Shown: positions 40,221 to 52,786 of the stretch, one piece after another | Layout of the letters: every line of letters begins with the position of its first letter | Position numbering within the stretch: position 1 is the stretch's first letter | DNA from: Raillietiella orientalis | Lineage: Eukaryota | Assembly: GCA_036172245.1 (NCBI GenBank) | Contig: JAYWIR010000025.1 | Span: forward strand, 2,542,001-2,606,000 | DNA: 64,000 nt | Reading direction: 5' to 3' | Made by a program: the position numbers and the translations under genes | The notes under the pieces: generated by a model | The model's input: the letters and a program-made list of their open reading frames with translations, nothing else | Told to the model about the DNA's origin: nothing | The model's database searches: none

Positions 40221-40600
40221 CTCCCGGGCGGGAAAGGCGGCTCCCTGTTCACCACCGGAAGGGGACCCCAAAGACACCCGCTCCTCGATTCCTGGAAGGA
40301 CCCCGAAAGATCAACTTCCGATCCCGGCCAATCGACGGGGCATCCGGGAATTTCCGGCTTCCTCCAGCGCCATGCTCGAAGGCCAACCAGCGTCATCCTG
40401 CGAGGAGGAGGGACTCGAAACCCACAACGCACCCCCATTTCTCGGAGGGTCGATCCTTCCCCGGGCGGGATTCGAACCCGCGACGCCCGGTGCCACCCGC
40501 GCGCAGAGAGACAGCAGCTGCCGACGCGGGCCAAGGCCGCGGACGCAGGCGCGCTTCGAGGGTTCGTTTCAGGCGTGCGTTCCTCCACTCGGCCGTCCTA
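40220..40600 (-). mobile_element. Family B copy B2 (tRNA-like region)
   Basis: Perfect T-arm/B-box GCGGGTTCGAATCCCGC at 40481-40465 and an A-box-like CGGCCGAGTGG at 40595-40585. Collinear with 990-1210 and 60830-61060. Confidence 0.7.
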
Positions 40601-41667
40601 GACGTGCGCTGATCTTTCGAGCGACTCCGTCGCGGGAGCGCACTGCGCTGCCTCGCCCTCGAGCTTGCGGGATGAGCACCCGGCGATCTGTCCGACGAGG
40701 CGGGAGACGAGGAGCTGTCGCCAGTGCGATGCTCAGGAGGAAATCACTCGCCGCGCGATTTCAAGGTCAGGCGAAGGCCGACTCGGGACTGGGAGAGTTC
40801 CCGGAGACGCGGCGGCCGTTCCGTCGGAATCTCAGCGGGGCAGCGAACGGGCCTCTCCGGGACGATCTGTCTTCCGTCTTGCGCAGTGCAGCAGACGCGC
40901 CTGAGCGCGAACCGTCCCGAGCGAGCGGTCCGGGGGGAAGATTCGCCTGAACACTCCAAACGCGCCCTTCCCTCGCCCAACCTCTGCTGCCTTGCTGCGG
41001 GGTCGAAAGCTCGACCTCGGTCCGGGTGGCGTCGCGATCGATTGCTCCCCGAAAACGAGCAGTTCGGATCGGCGGTCACACGGAGGGCCAGTGGCTGCGA
41101 TGAGAACTCTGAAATCTCCGATCTCCGTGTCGGAAGAAAAGAAGGGAGCGGATCCTTCCCACCTCTTTTACGATGGCTCTCGGCCCTTTTCTCGACTGCA
41201 AGTTCGTCTTGCCGGAGCAGGACTCCATCTGGAACACTTTTGTTGCCCCTACCCCCTCCTCCGCCCCTTATTTTTTTGGTTGCCCGTCCCCTCGTTTGAT
41301 GAAGATTCGGGTGCAGCACCTTCTACGAAAGGCCTTGTGGGACGCTGCAAGGTCCTGGATACGCCTGAAAGACTTGGTGGCGCCTAGCCAGGACGATGAC
41401 TCCGGCATTTTGATCATTGAGAAGATCGGACTGCAGGTGCAGTTCCGATTTTTTGACCCTTTGTGGGTCAAACTTGTCGCTGGAGTGCTCCGGCACGCCA
41501 CGTCCTCCAGCGACCTCGGTCCTACAGGACTTATTTCGCTGCTGCCGGATTTGGCTCCCCTCCGAGGTATCTGCCCTCACTACTTGTAGCCCACCCGCGG
41601 ATCTCCTGTCTCCCCATAAACTAGAACGCCTGGCGGCATGAGGGCTGGAGTCCTGGGCTGCCACTTT

Positions 41668-42650
41668 GATTCTCACCCGGGTGCGCCGAGGCGTTTATTT
41701 CATATAGAAAAAAACAATCACCGTCTCTGTGCCCATTTCAAAGGAAACCTTCCGGGTAGCCGGTACGCAGACCGGTGAGGTCCGCTGCGGCAGCAGAGGT
41801 GAGGGACCAGCCCACAAAAAAAAAACAAAAACAAAAAATGAAAATAAATAAATAAACTTGGGGGTGGATGGAGGAAGAAATCGCGTTCTGCTGGGGGCGG
41901 TCCTCTGCATCCTTTCGAGGCTGCCGGCAAGTTCTTGTTGTATGCTGTCCTTCAGGCGGGGCAATCTTGTTACCATCCTCATGAATCGGATGGCGAAGTG
42001 GATGTGGCATCCCTGTCTCTCGGTCCTCCTCTTGAGCCGCTCCAGGCAGCTACAATCCCATGCAGGCAACAAAGAGCTGCTAGCGAGGCTGCGAGCCGAA
42101 GGACGTCGTGGACGAGGAGAGGTTTTAGAGAAGACCTAGAGTTCCCACGGGAGGTTCCTTGGGTAGCAGCGAAGAGTTCCCAGAGGGACCGGAGGACAAC
42201 ATAATCCACAAGCAGGTGCAGCAGGGATTCAAGCTCCCCTCACCTGACACAGTTCGGGTCCACACGCCCCCGTGTCCAGTGATGCCGGCGGACATTGTAC
42301 GGGAGACCTCAGTGCGGCAGCAACAGCACCGACTCCCGCCACTTCAGGAGGAAGAGGGAGTACGTCTGTCCAGAAGCATTGGGGGTCACTGCAGATCTTC
42401 CTCCGGAATACCTAGCGGTTCGCTCCAGCGCAAAAGTGTACGAGACGATACTCGAGGTTGCAGCGTCGGTGAAACTGGCTCGTTGTCCAATCGTCCAGTT
42501 CTTTTCTCCTTCCGGAGATGTTCATCGACCTCTCATCTAGGCACAAGGCTGCTGCCCATGTGTTCCTTCAGAGAGGGCAGCGCTGAGACGAGGGAGGTTC
42601 TTCCTACCCACGCAATTCTTCCAGGATCTAGGAGGATCTCTCGGAACGTG
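41668..42650 (-). mobile_element. Family A LINE 3' fragment A3
   Basis: FREILLDPGRIAWVGR..., ...LAALCCLHGIVAAW..., ...LAGSLERMQR. The 3' UTR ends in the terminal hairpin ...CGGCGCACCCGGGTGAGAATC at 41668. Confidence 0.8.
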
Positions 42651-42654
42651 GCTG

Positions 42655-44712
42655 CCACTTTGGAAGTGCGTCCAGAAGAACTGCGGCCTCTGCAGAATCT
42701 CCTACGCAAATCGCTGGGAGATCTCCTGCAGGATTGGGCGCAATGGTACCGGATAGCCATCACACCTCTTGCCCCCCTGGTCCACAGACTAATCACGCTG
42801 ATTCGCGAACGGGGCGGAGTGCCCAGCTCGTTCCGATCAGCAATAGTACGTCTCCTTCCGAAATCAGGAGACTTACGTAACGTAGGCAACTGGAGGCCCA
42901 TAACAATAGTGAACGCAGATGCGAAGTTGCTTGCCAAATTATGGGCTGAGCGACTGGGACGGGTGGCTGAATCCATGGTAAGTCCGGAGCAGACCTACGC
43001 TGTTCTCGGACGATCCATGGAGGCCAACCTGTTCCTCTCCAGAACATGGTGGCAGTTGCAACAGCGCGAAGCACAGACGGGTCAAGACCGGGATTCTCTG
43101 ACCAGGAAGGGGAAGGCCAAGGAAGAACAGATGCATCCGGGGCCCTCGCAGCCGCCGTCGATCTGCGTAAAGCTTTCGACTACGTCGACCAGGCACTCCT
43201 TGTGGAGCTCCTGGAACTCATGGGATTTCCGGCCGTCTTCTTGGCCTATCTGCGCTCCAGCTGGCGCTCCGCGTTAACATTTTTTTCAGCGACAGGCACG
43301 TGTACGGCATTCCGGTGCGGCGCAGAGTGAGGGAGGGTGATAGTGTGATCCCCCTGCTCTTCAGTATCTAATTGGAGTTGGTGCTGAGAGCATACAGGGA
43401 GACTCTGGAAACCCTGCCGAGCTCGTGTTCCGGCACGCCTGTCGTGTCGGCCTATGCAGACGATCTTCAGATCTTACTGCTGCTCCCCGGGTCCACTCCG
43501 GGTCCACCCTGGAGTCCACGCTCGAAGATTTCTTTGAGCTTCTGCGCCGCGGGACGGGTCTGGAGGTAAACAGGGTCAAGTCGTCCATCGTGGCAGTTTG
43601 TGCGGCATGGTCTGAAAGGCCGGACTGGATCCGCTTGGGGATCTTTACGGGCATGTAAATCAGATACATTGGTGTTCCGTTGGGGGACTTCTGCGTAGCA
43701 GAAGCCTGGTCCGACCGTCCCCAAAAGATGGAGTTGGTGATCGACCTGTTCGGGAAGGCACGTTTCACTTGCAGGAACGGGCCGCGGTGTGGAATGAGTT
43801 CGCGGCTCCCTTTCTTCTCCCCCTACTTTTTGTTTGCCCTGCCCCATCATCATCAAGAAAAGTACCGAGGGCCTCCTAAGAAAAGTCCTTTGGGGCACAG
43901 GGAGGTTCGTGTCCGTTTAAAAGACTGGTTGCGCGCTCCACGCAGGCATGGTGGAATGGGCCTCCTTACGTTGGCACATGGAGCAGCAGCTCCAATTACA
44001 AAGACTCGCTCTTGAGGCGAAGTTTTGGACAAGCCCCGGTGCACATCTGCACTCCTTCTCGCCAGTAGAGCGACTGGCTGCGCAGGATTGACTTCGATTC
44101 TCGTGGCCTATGATTGCAGTCTGAGGCGTTGTGGCCATCAGCTGCGCCAGATGGTTGCCCTGATGCAGGAGAACACCTGGATCTCCTGTTCCCTGCCAAC
44201 TGCACTGCCTGGCTTCAGGAGTCAGTCTCCGCATAGGGGCGGAAGACCCACAGCCAGAGCGAGGCGGGGCGTGTCTGCCTCCGGAGAGGGAGGCACGCTC
44301 GATATTCCCTGCAGGAGATCGTATGCAACTCACGCACACTGCTGTTGGTCCTGTTCACTCCCCTTGTCCCAGTGCCGTTCTCCGTTGAAAACGCTAGGGA
44401 CCGTGACCTCCCGACAAAGTGGGAAGCGTCCCATCCAAAGCAGGGAAAAACTTTTAAGCGCGTGGATAACTCGGCACCTCGCGGACTCTGATATCCCGAG
44501 TGTCCCGCCGAAAAGACTGTGGCGAGGATGCTGCTCACGATACCACCTGAGGAGGTGAAGTGGCCCCATGGTGTCGCGGTGGCACCCTTCCCCTCAAATG
44601 GCAAGAGATGCCGTTGCTATTGCTGCATTGGGGAATCCCATGCAGAGCACGCCTCTTCCATTGGACACGGGGCAGCGTCGATGTCCACTGTACAAAGTGC
44701 GGCGATAAGGGG
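42655..44712 (+). pseudogene. Decayed reverse transcriptase + zf-RVT (ORF2) of an L1/Tx1-clade non-LTR retrotransposon (copy A4)
   Basis: Ordered RT motifs across frameshifts: RLLPKSGDLRNVGNWRPITIVNADAKLLAK, VDLRKAFDYVD, VREGDSVIPLLF, SAYADDL (43453), GLEVNRVKS, IRYIGVPL, HGGMGL, then LLLHWGIPC...HCTKCG. Confidence 0.9.
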
Positions 44713-44850
44713 GAGCTTCCCAGGACGTGAGAGGAACGGAGTCCTTCCTCCGGGACTTTCCTGGATGCATAGGGTGGTTTCCTCCCAGGGTATCCCTTGA
44801 ATGAAAGTTGCGGAGAATCCCTGATGTGTCGAAGAAGGTAGCAAGACACC
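44712..44850 (+). mobile_element. Family B 3' fragment B3
   Basis: CGTGAGAGGAACGGA...TTCCTGGATGCATAGGG matches 58208-58250 and 61517-61560. Confidence 0.7.
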
Positions 44851-46236
44851 AGGACGGAAGCTCAGCTCCTCCGAGGCGGATGAGCAGTTCGCTTCCCGCG
44901 TGTGACAGACGAACAACCGGCCGCACGATCCCCATGAGACAGCTCAGAGGGCAGTGAAATCGTTGTCGCGTTTTGGAGCACCATTCTTTCTCCCGTGGGC
45001 AAACGGAATCGTAGAGGCGAAGGGAAATACGAAACGTGGCCCTCGCATCTTCGCGAGACGCTCCTCTTTCCTTCCTCAGGTTTGCTTTTCCTTTGGAGGG
45101 CAAAAAGGGAAGAATGAGACCCGCGGTGTCCACCCTATGGAACGTCGCTGGGGAAGCAGACTCGTCAGTTTATCAGCACCTCGACTCTTCCAATTGGTGC
45201 TGAAAGGGTACAGATAAACTCTGCTTCCCCCCGTCCCTGCATGCGGGTGACTTCCTTCTTCTGCCCATTGTGGAGGCGTACTCTTGAGCAGTTCTTCAAG
45301 CCCGTAGCTTATGGAGCGGAGGGTTGATAGGACATCGGTCATTCTCGTCGGATGATATGTGAGCTGCCTGCCAAGTGCCCGAAAAGGGTTTGTGTCAGTT
45401 TTATTCCCTTGGCCTCAGTGTTGCTCTCCTTCTGAGAATGATAGCGGTCTAACGGCTAGGTGGGAGGTTAACTGCGCTCAGAAAAGAGGTGCGAAAACAG
45501 TCAAGTGGTTCGATGACGACTTCGACGACTCAATGACTCTTCGACGCAATGACACCTCGTTTTGGTACCCAAGAACTGCTCTTGAGGAAAAGACGCGGTG
45601 ATACGCTCCTTGCACCAGACTTCCCGAGCAACCAGCGCTGTCACCCCTGGGCGGTGCGTTGAATCCCCCCAGGTTGCAGTTGGATAATTACTTTGTCTCT
45701 CAGGTCCGAAGAGCGTCTAGATGGAAGCTGTGAGGAAGCCCACACGACGGCCCTATCCGGCTTGAATGGATCCGTCCGGGCAACCGATACGAGACAGCCG
45801 ACACTTGCGGGGCCAACAGACACCGAGAGGACAGACCCAGGAGGAGGAAGCGCTGGCTAGGAAACATTCGTAGGTGTCGTTTTGCATGGACGCCACGACG
45901 GCACAGGCAAAGGACGATTTCTGGTAGACTTCCACTGGAAGGAGGCCAGAAGGAAGTGGTTTATTCCATCGTCATTCCTTCTAGTAAGCGCACTCCATTT
46001 TCAGGCGTCTGGTCTTCGTGGCAGACCGCGCCTGCGCTCTCACCAGATTCAAACAAACAACAAACATGAAAGAGAAAACGAACCAACGAGAAGTCGAAAG
46101 GTCCAGGTTCACGCAGACAAATCGGATGCAGGAGAGGGGGGGGGGAACAGGGAGGACTGTCCACACGTGTAAATCAGCGTCCACAGGTGCAGAGTGCAAG
46201 TCCACTTGGTGAAAGGTTCAGTTTCTTCCGCGGGCG

Positions 46237-49200
46237 CTAACAGGGATACAACCCGGCGGTTTTGCCCGCAAGGAAGGCGTCTGTTCCGTACAGGAAGCTT
46301 CCCAGTATGGCCAGCACACCAAGGGCCTTCTGCTCCTGTTTCAGTCTTGCTTCTTTCATGTGCTTCAGTGAATGGAAGATAAAGATTCCAGCTATCAGAA
46401 ATATTCCCGCTCCGATGAGGACAAACAAGAATTCCTGAAAGGAGAAAGAAAGGAAAAATAGTGTGCAAAGTGTGTGTGTGTTTTTTTTAGCTTTTATAAA
46501 GAAAACGTTAACCCGTAACATCCCAATAGTGTCTAAGAAACACATTTTCAAATGGACTTGCATACAAAATCAAAATTATTTACGTGATTGCGAAATTGCT
46601 TTGTGTTTGTTTAATTTTCAAGATTATCTTGCCAAATTTTTGTAAAAAAAAAAAAAAAAAGATACTTTTTTCTTTATTTTACTAATTTACCAAAACCACA
46701 ACATGACAGCTCAGACGTGTCCATTGGGCACGTTTGAACCTATTAAACCCTACAAGTAAATCATGTGGAAATATTGCGTACCGTTACTACTTTTGTTCAT
46801 TCTATAAAAAATATCTACTGACGTGTGCGGACGCGAAGATTTTATTATAGACGTCGTGCCTCTCGTGGTGACGGTGACTTCACAGAAAGAGCATCCGAAG
46901 TCGATGATCAGCAATTATACGGTGATGACGGAAATGCGAATGAAGAGGAACAAGAAAATGATTGTGGTAATCCGACTGACGAAGAATATGCGCGAGAAGA
47001 TGCAGCCAGGTGGGAAGCAACACCGGAAAACACGAGAAGAACTCCACGGCGTAACAGAATCAGGGGCGGGGGTCATGGGGTCGTTCTCCCACCAGAGAAA
47101 GGAATTCAGGATCCTATCGGCGGTTCCCGTTTATTTTTCCACCGAAGTGCACCGGGGCTTATTCCAAAACACACCCGTTCCGAAGCTGAAAGAGAATTGG
47201 CAAAGACATGGAAGCCGACGGACACCATCGAAATACGAGCATCTCTAGGTCATCTATACTGACCACTGGTGTTGATAAACAGAGCAACGTGGATTTTAGA
47301 GTGCTCGGATCCGATATTTGGTAATCCAATGTTCCGTGCGCCCATGGGGATAAATCGATTTGCGTCTATTCTGAGTTTTCTAGGATGTGGCGATAAAAAC
47401 ACCAGGACACTTACAAAGTCAAGAGAGATAAAAACTAGCACTAAAAAAATAATGTCTCTTCCTGATTCAATGACAGCAATATTCATGACTTGTCTACTAT
47501 GATAACAATAAACTTTTTTTCAAATTATTTACTTCATTCCGATACTTAATTTTAAAACCTTGTCAGCATCCGGAACAGAGGACGTCTCACGGCGAAGAGT
47601 GATCCCTTCCCCGCCCTACTTCCCTCGAAAACTCCACCCCTCCCACCCTTTTTTTTTTGTCTTTTTCGTTTGTTTTTGTTTGGTTTCCCCTTCCCCTTCG
47701 CCGCTGGAGCGGACCTCATCGGTCTGCGTACAGATTTTTGACGAGTCCTTCGCGCGTGGTAGAACCACGTGTTCTACCACGAATCTGTAATATAGACGAC
47801 TTTTATTATATTTTTTCATGATAAATGCCCCGGCAAATCCGGGTGATAAACTTCATTTTAATATAATGTAGAGTAATGAGTCTATCGGACACTACTGGTC
47901 AGTTACGATAGGAAAACATACTCGGATGTAAAGGGTTAAAAAAAAAAAAACTTTTGAATGTATTTTTTCAAACAAACAAACAAAAAAAATCTTCCCACTT
48001 CATCCTTATTCCGTGCATCCCTCACGCACTAAAATCCAGGAGGAGGAGGCACTTTCGAGCGTGAAGGAACAAGGAACCTCGGCGAACGCTGCCCAGGTAC
48101 GCAGGGTCGCCCACTCTTGCGCACCTGCCGCGCACCAGCCTTCCGGCAACGAGCGTCGAGGAGCCGCGCGGTGCTCTCGAAGAGAGGAGGCGACCGCCCT
48201 GCTCGGGTGGAAACGCCCTTCCATCAGGGCTTGGGTTGCTGACCTTGGCTCGGCCGGCCACCGTCCCCATTGCGGAAGGAGAGTGAGATTTCAAGCGCGC
48301 CGCTTTGGTGAGCGCTTCCTCGTCGTTCGCCTACTGGCGGCGTTCCCCGCGAACGAAACCACCGAGAAGGGAAGTTCTCTGGAGGACATTGCGGGACCGA
48401 GACAAGGTCAGCGACGGGCTGCACGAGTGGCCACAGGCGGCGAGACATAATGGCGTCGCCCAAGGAGAGCCTCCCGCTGGCGCGCGGAGCTACGCGTCAG
48501 CCTGCAAAAAGCTGCGGGCTCGCTCTTCGCTATCGGGTGAGTTGCGAGGATGTGAGAGAGGAATCTTGTTCTATCCCATGCCCTCAGACGAAAGTAACTC
48601 GTGAGAGCTCTCCTGCGAAGGTCCCACCGTCAGCACGGCGCATGCTGCTCATCCCTCCAGTCCCAGATGGGCAGAAGATTTTCCCTTCGACGATGGATCA
48701 CCCCACTGCGGATTACAGCTTCGGCGGGTGGCCAACGTGACGAGGAAGAACTCGGGATGGATCTTCTGCCGCCCCGCGAACGGTAGCACCTGGCTAGAGG
48801 AAACCATTCGCACGTGGGCGAGGAGCCAGGAGCAACGCACGGAACAGGTGCTCCGGTTCCCGTTCGTGAGCAACAACCGATGCACGCTTCGAGAGATCCT
48901 GGAGGATCCCGGAAAAAGAGCGTGGGCAGGAAAAATCTGCCTCGCCGTAGCGCTGCCTTCCCTGAGGGAACACATGGTCAGCAGCATCGCGGCGAAATAG
49001 AAAGTTAAGCTGAACGTCTCCCGAAGGGAGAAAGGACTGGGCGAGTGGAAGACGGGCCAGCTTACCGACTCTGCGACCCCGAGTACACCACCCCGTGAAC
49101 TCTTGCGCTGGGGCGAGCTGCTGGATGTTCCGGTGGAACACCTGAAGTGGCAACAGTTGGCAATGTTGGCTCTGCACTGGGGACTCCCGTGCAACATCAC

Positions 49201-52200
49201 TGCACACGGGAGGTGAGAACGCCAACTCTGTCAGGTGCGGGGAGCAGGAATCCCTCCCCCACCTGCTAGTGGATTGCGCTGCTCTCTGGCCCCTCTGGGA
49301 ACGTTTTGCTGCGACCCTAGGAACCCCTGGCGGCAACTTCAGGGGCCATATCAAGCCCTTCTTCGTTTGCGACTCCCTTCGGACAGCGGTCTCGCTAGCA
49401 GCCCTCTGCTGCCTACGGGGGATCGTCGCTGTCTTGAGCAACGCAAGAGGAGGATACAGAGGGATGGATGCCATCCATTTCACTGTCCGCTTCATCAGGA
49501 TGGCAACGCGATGGTCCCACCTGGACAGGACTATCCAGCAAGACCTTGCCGGCATCCTACAGAGGATGCACAGAACCGCCACCAACAGACAGTGATCCCT
49601 TCCGTCCCCTTCCCCCAAAAGTATTTTTATTTTTTATTTTGTTTCTTTTTTTTCTTTTTGTTTGCCCCCTCCCCTCTGCTGCCGTGGTGCACCGCGCCGG
49701 TCTGCGAACCGGTGACCCGGCAGGCTTCCATTAAATTGTGCCTGGTTGGACCTTTGGTCCAACCATAGTTCTCAGGAAATGTTTATTTTTTACTGGAATA
49801 AATGCCTCCCCGCACCCGGGTGATAATCGACGGTGGATCACCAGCGCGTGACCCGTCGCCTCAGGAATGGGAGAGGATGTGCATATCGAGGAGCGACCTG
49901 CTTGTAGACCGCGTTGCCCTGCGACCGTTGTGGGGATGCTTTGCAGCGGCGACCCTCCGGACCCCATGCGACGACCCCAGGGACGCAATGATGAGACCTC
50001 TCTTGGTACGCGACGAAATGCCGCCGGCCGCATTCCGAGCAGCTCTTTTGCCGCCGACGCGGGATCGTGGCGGCGTGGAGCGACGACGACGGTGGAGGAA
50101 GCGGCAGAGACGCCATCCATTTCACCCTACGTTTTTTACGGAGGGAAACGAGACGGCCCCACCTGGAGAGTACCAGAGAACAAATTTCCAGCATCCTGGA
50201 GAGGATGCAGAGGACGGTCCCCAGCAGGCAGTTATCCCTTCCCGTGCCCCCTCCCCCTCCGAGTCTATTACTATTTATATGTATTTTTTTTTCTTTTTCC
50301 CCTCTGCTGTCGAGGCCATCCTCTCTGGTCTGAGCACGGGATGCCCGGCAAGCTGTGTAAAGAGCAGAACTTGAAAGGGCCAACGGCCCTATCATATTGT
50401 AATGTTTATTGCTTCCAATAAACGCCCCGGCGGTGCCAGACGAACAGCGAGGAGTGTACCACCCGGCGCAAGCCTAGCCCCTCCCTTGACGGGGTTCGGG
50501 AACGGCGTGCGTGCGGAAAGCGATTCCCGGCGTGCTGCAGGAGAGAGGTGCCCCTGTCTCCCTGTGGTACGTGGGAAAGACAGTGGTGCGTGGTCGCTGC
50601 GGGGCATCTGGACATACGATGCCCCTCCGTCGAGGGCCGGCGATGCGGCCGGAGGGTCCACAGCATAAAAACGGAAAAAGAAAAAAAAACATGGAAGCAG
50701 AAGACGGAGGTGCAGGCAGCCAAGCACTCGCGGAGCCCGCTCAGCAGGTCGAGGAAAGGTGAGGAGACGGTGGACGAAGTGTGGGAGAGAGACAAAAGGA
50801 ACAAGAAGGCTAAACTGAACGAAGGCTGGAAGAGGAGGACTCGCGCGGTTCTCCCCGGTGACAGGGTGACTGTTGTGTGCGATGCGTTCTGTGGTAACCC
50901 AGCGCGAATGCAAACAGGGCATAAAAGCTTGAGAGCTTCTTCCATAGATGTCACTGGTGCAGTGCGGTTCACTGAACGGAATGACAAGCAGGAAAAACAG
51001 TACAGGGATCAGAAGACCACTGAGCTGAGGTTTTGAAACGTGAATGGGAATCTACCAAACCAGCAAACGTGGTTATAGCTTCTAGAGTGCCTCCTGCCTG
51101 GTTCCATGATTCCCATCGGTGTGCGTAGCAGGGGTCACGTGTAGCACTCACGAATGCTCCGAAACGTGCTCTTGACTCCCACTTGCGACCACTGTGATCT
51201 TTTCGATATTTAAATAGGGAAGATAGCATTATAAGAAGGAAGCCGTCCATCGAAATACATGGATGGTTAGCTATGGGACTGTCCATTCTGGTGTGTGTGG
51301 TCAACGCAGCTCCGGGAACTTATTCTGCCTACAGTCACGTGCTCAAAAAGTGAATCTCCTTGGAAGAATTACAGATGAGTGTGTGCGGATGCACATTTTC
51401 CTTTCCTTTTTTGTTCGAGAGCTGCTTTCCACTTTGCTCGTTTTGAACTTTGTGGAAAAAGGAGTGTGTGGACAAAAGAATTGCGACTCCTCGTCAAAAA
51501 TAAGGTATGGTGCATATATCCTCTTGGAACCCGGCGCTGCAGTCATTAAAATAGCATCTTTTTGATGTTTCTTAGTAATAACACCTTCTGATGATTTGAA
51601 AGTATCTCATGCTTCCTCTTCTTCTTAGATAATGTAGCCTTTTCACTAACGGTTTACGTCAAAGGAGCTATGGAGAGATTTGTGGAATCAGCTCTTCACA
51701 TACAACACTGTGAAAACATGGAATTCATCAAAATAGTATCGAAATTTTGGAACCGATGGCTTCGTGAAAGACGATGTGACCTTCGGAACGGCCGAGTCCA
51801 TGCTTCGACACTCCTTAGGAAGCCTTCTGGATTTCGAAATTGCTAACATCTACCTCACCTGAAATGACCCAGCGGCACGGTCACGTTCATCCACCAATGC
51901 GTGGATCGCGCGAATTCCGGTTCCTCTGCATTCGATTCTTCCAGTTTGGAAGTGCTGTTGAATGTCTTACCATGGAAACAGAGACCAGACCTCTTGAAAA
52001 TGCAAGGTCTCCCCAAACTCAGTCATCAAGGTGACACCCAAACCTTTAGTGACTCTATCGATCCAAACATTCTATAATTGTTTCTTCACGAAAAGAAAGA
52101 AGACAGCCCTCTTAGAAGAACGGAGGTCAACTGGAGGCAAACGTTCGTGGACCAATAAGTAATCACAAGAATCATTCAATTCACATGCCTGAGAATTTAA

Positions 52201-52786
52201 GAATCGAGAGCATCCTCAGATGCAGATTCCCAGACAGCGTTTTCCGATTCGTCATGTTCGCAACGGGATATTTGCATTCCTGACGCGAAGAAGTGTTTGA
52301 GGAGACGCTCAAAGCAAACATTCAATCACCGGGACCGTTAAAGTGAAGTACATCAGTCCATTCAAAGAGTATTCTAAATAAAATTGGGAATGTCAACGAA
52401 GACGAGGACGGTGGCGCTCTTTCTCGGTTGCAGTTCTGCGCAGAACTGGATGGAGCGGGCGTCCCCGGAAACTGGACAACTGCCCTTTTGCGCTCCTCCG
52501 AATTCTAACGCGACGGCGGAAGCTTAGCGGTTCGCGCTCCCGTGGCAACTGATCCCACGAAAACCGATTTCTAAGATGCCCTCAGCTGAAACCGTCGTGT
52601 GGTACCTACCAAGATGGTTTTCGAAATTTGGGTATCTCCTCTCAGATGCGTAAGGAAAAGAACCCCTGAAATGAGAAAATAACCATCAAATGCCAGAACT
52701 CCAAACGTCGTGGTCTCCAAAGTACCAAGTCCATTGCTGTTGTGGGCGATGTGTTCGCTGATTCCGATGCATATCAGACACAACAA
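46237..52786 (-). CDS. Four-TM MARVEL-domain protein (snakeskin-like), partial: last two exons
   Basis: Exon 52786-52610 (ttccag|...TTG|gtaggt, phase 0) encodes LLCLICIGISEH...FGVLAFDGYFLISGVLFLTHLRGD...KTIL. Exon 46434-46237 follows a strong polypyrimidine acceptor and encodes EFLFVLIGAGIFLIAGIFIF...ALGVLAILGSFLYGTDAFL...*. Four hydrophobic helices show MARVEL spacing. The first exon was not resolved. Confidence 0.75.
46512..47935 (+). mobile_element. Internally deleted piggyBac transposon
   Basis: TTAA at 46508-46511 and 47936-47939. Imperfect TIRs CCCGTAACATCC / GGATGTAAAGGG. Transposase N-terminal remnant at 46825-47410 (acidic N-terminus; WKPTDTIEIRASLG...FGNPMFRAPMGINRFASILSFL). Confidence 0.85.
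47560..47851 (+). mobile_element. Family A LINE 3'-UTR fragment A5 nested in the piggyBac
   Basis: GTGATCCCTTCC, a T-rich tract, GGTCTGCGTAC and the terminal ATAAATGCCCCGGCAAATCCGGGTGATAAAC. Confidence 0.75.
48010..49828 (+). mobile_element. Family A LINE 3' fragment A6
   Basis: LREILEDPGKRAWAG, LHWGLPC...RCGEQESLPHLLVDC (zf-RVT), LAGILQRMHR*, the 3' UTR and terminal hairpins. The 5' boundary is approximate. Confidence 0.8.
49830..50432 (+). mobile_element. Family A LINE 3' fragment A7, head-to-tail with A6
   Basis: DAIHFTLRFLR...PHLE...SILERMQR, the 3' UTR and TGTTTATTGCTTCCAATAAACGCCCCGGCG. Confidence 0.75.

Noticed and set aside
40440..40600. Functional tRNA gene
   Set aside because: The T-arm is perfect, but I could not fold a complete cloverleaf, and it is embedded in a repeat.
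41668..44712. L1-style twin-priming 5' inversion (A3 minus joined to A4 plus)
   Set aside because: The geometry fits, but the overlapping zf-RVT regions of the two parts are clearly diverged, so they are independent insertions.
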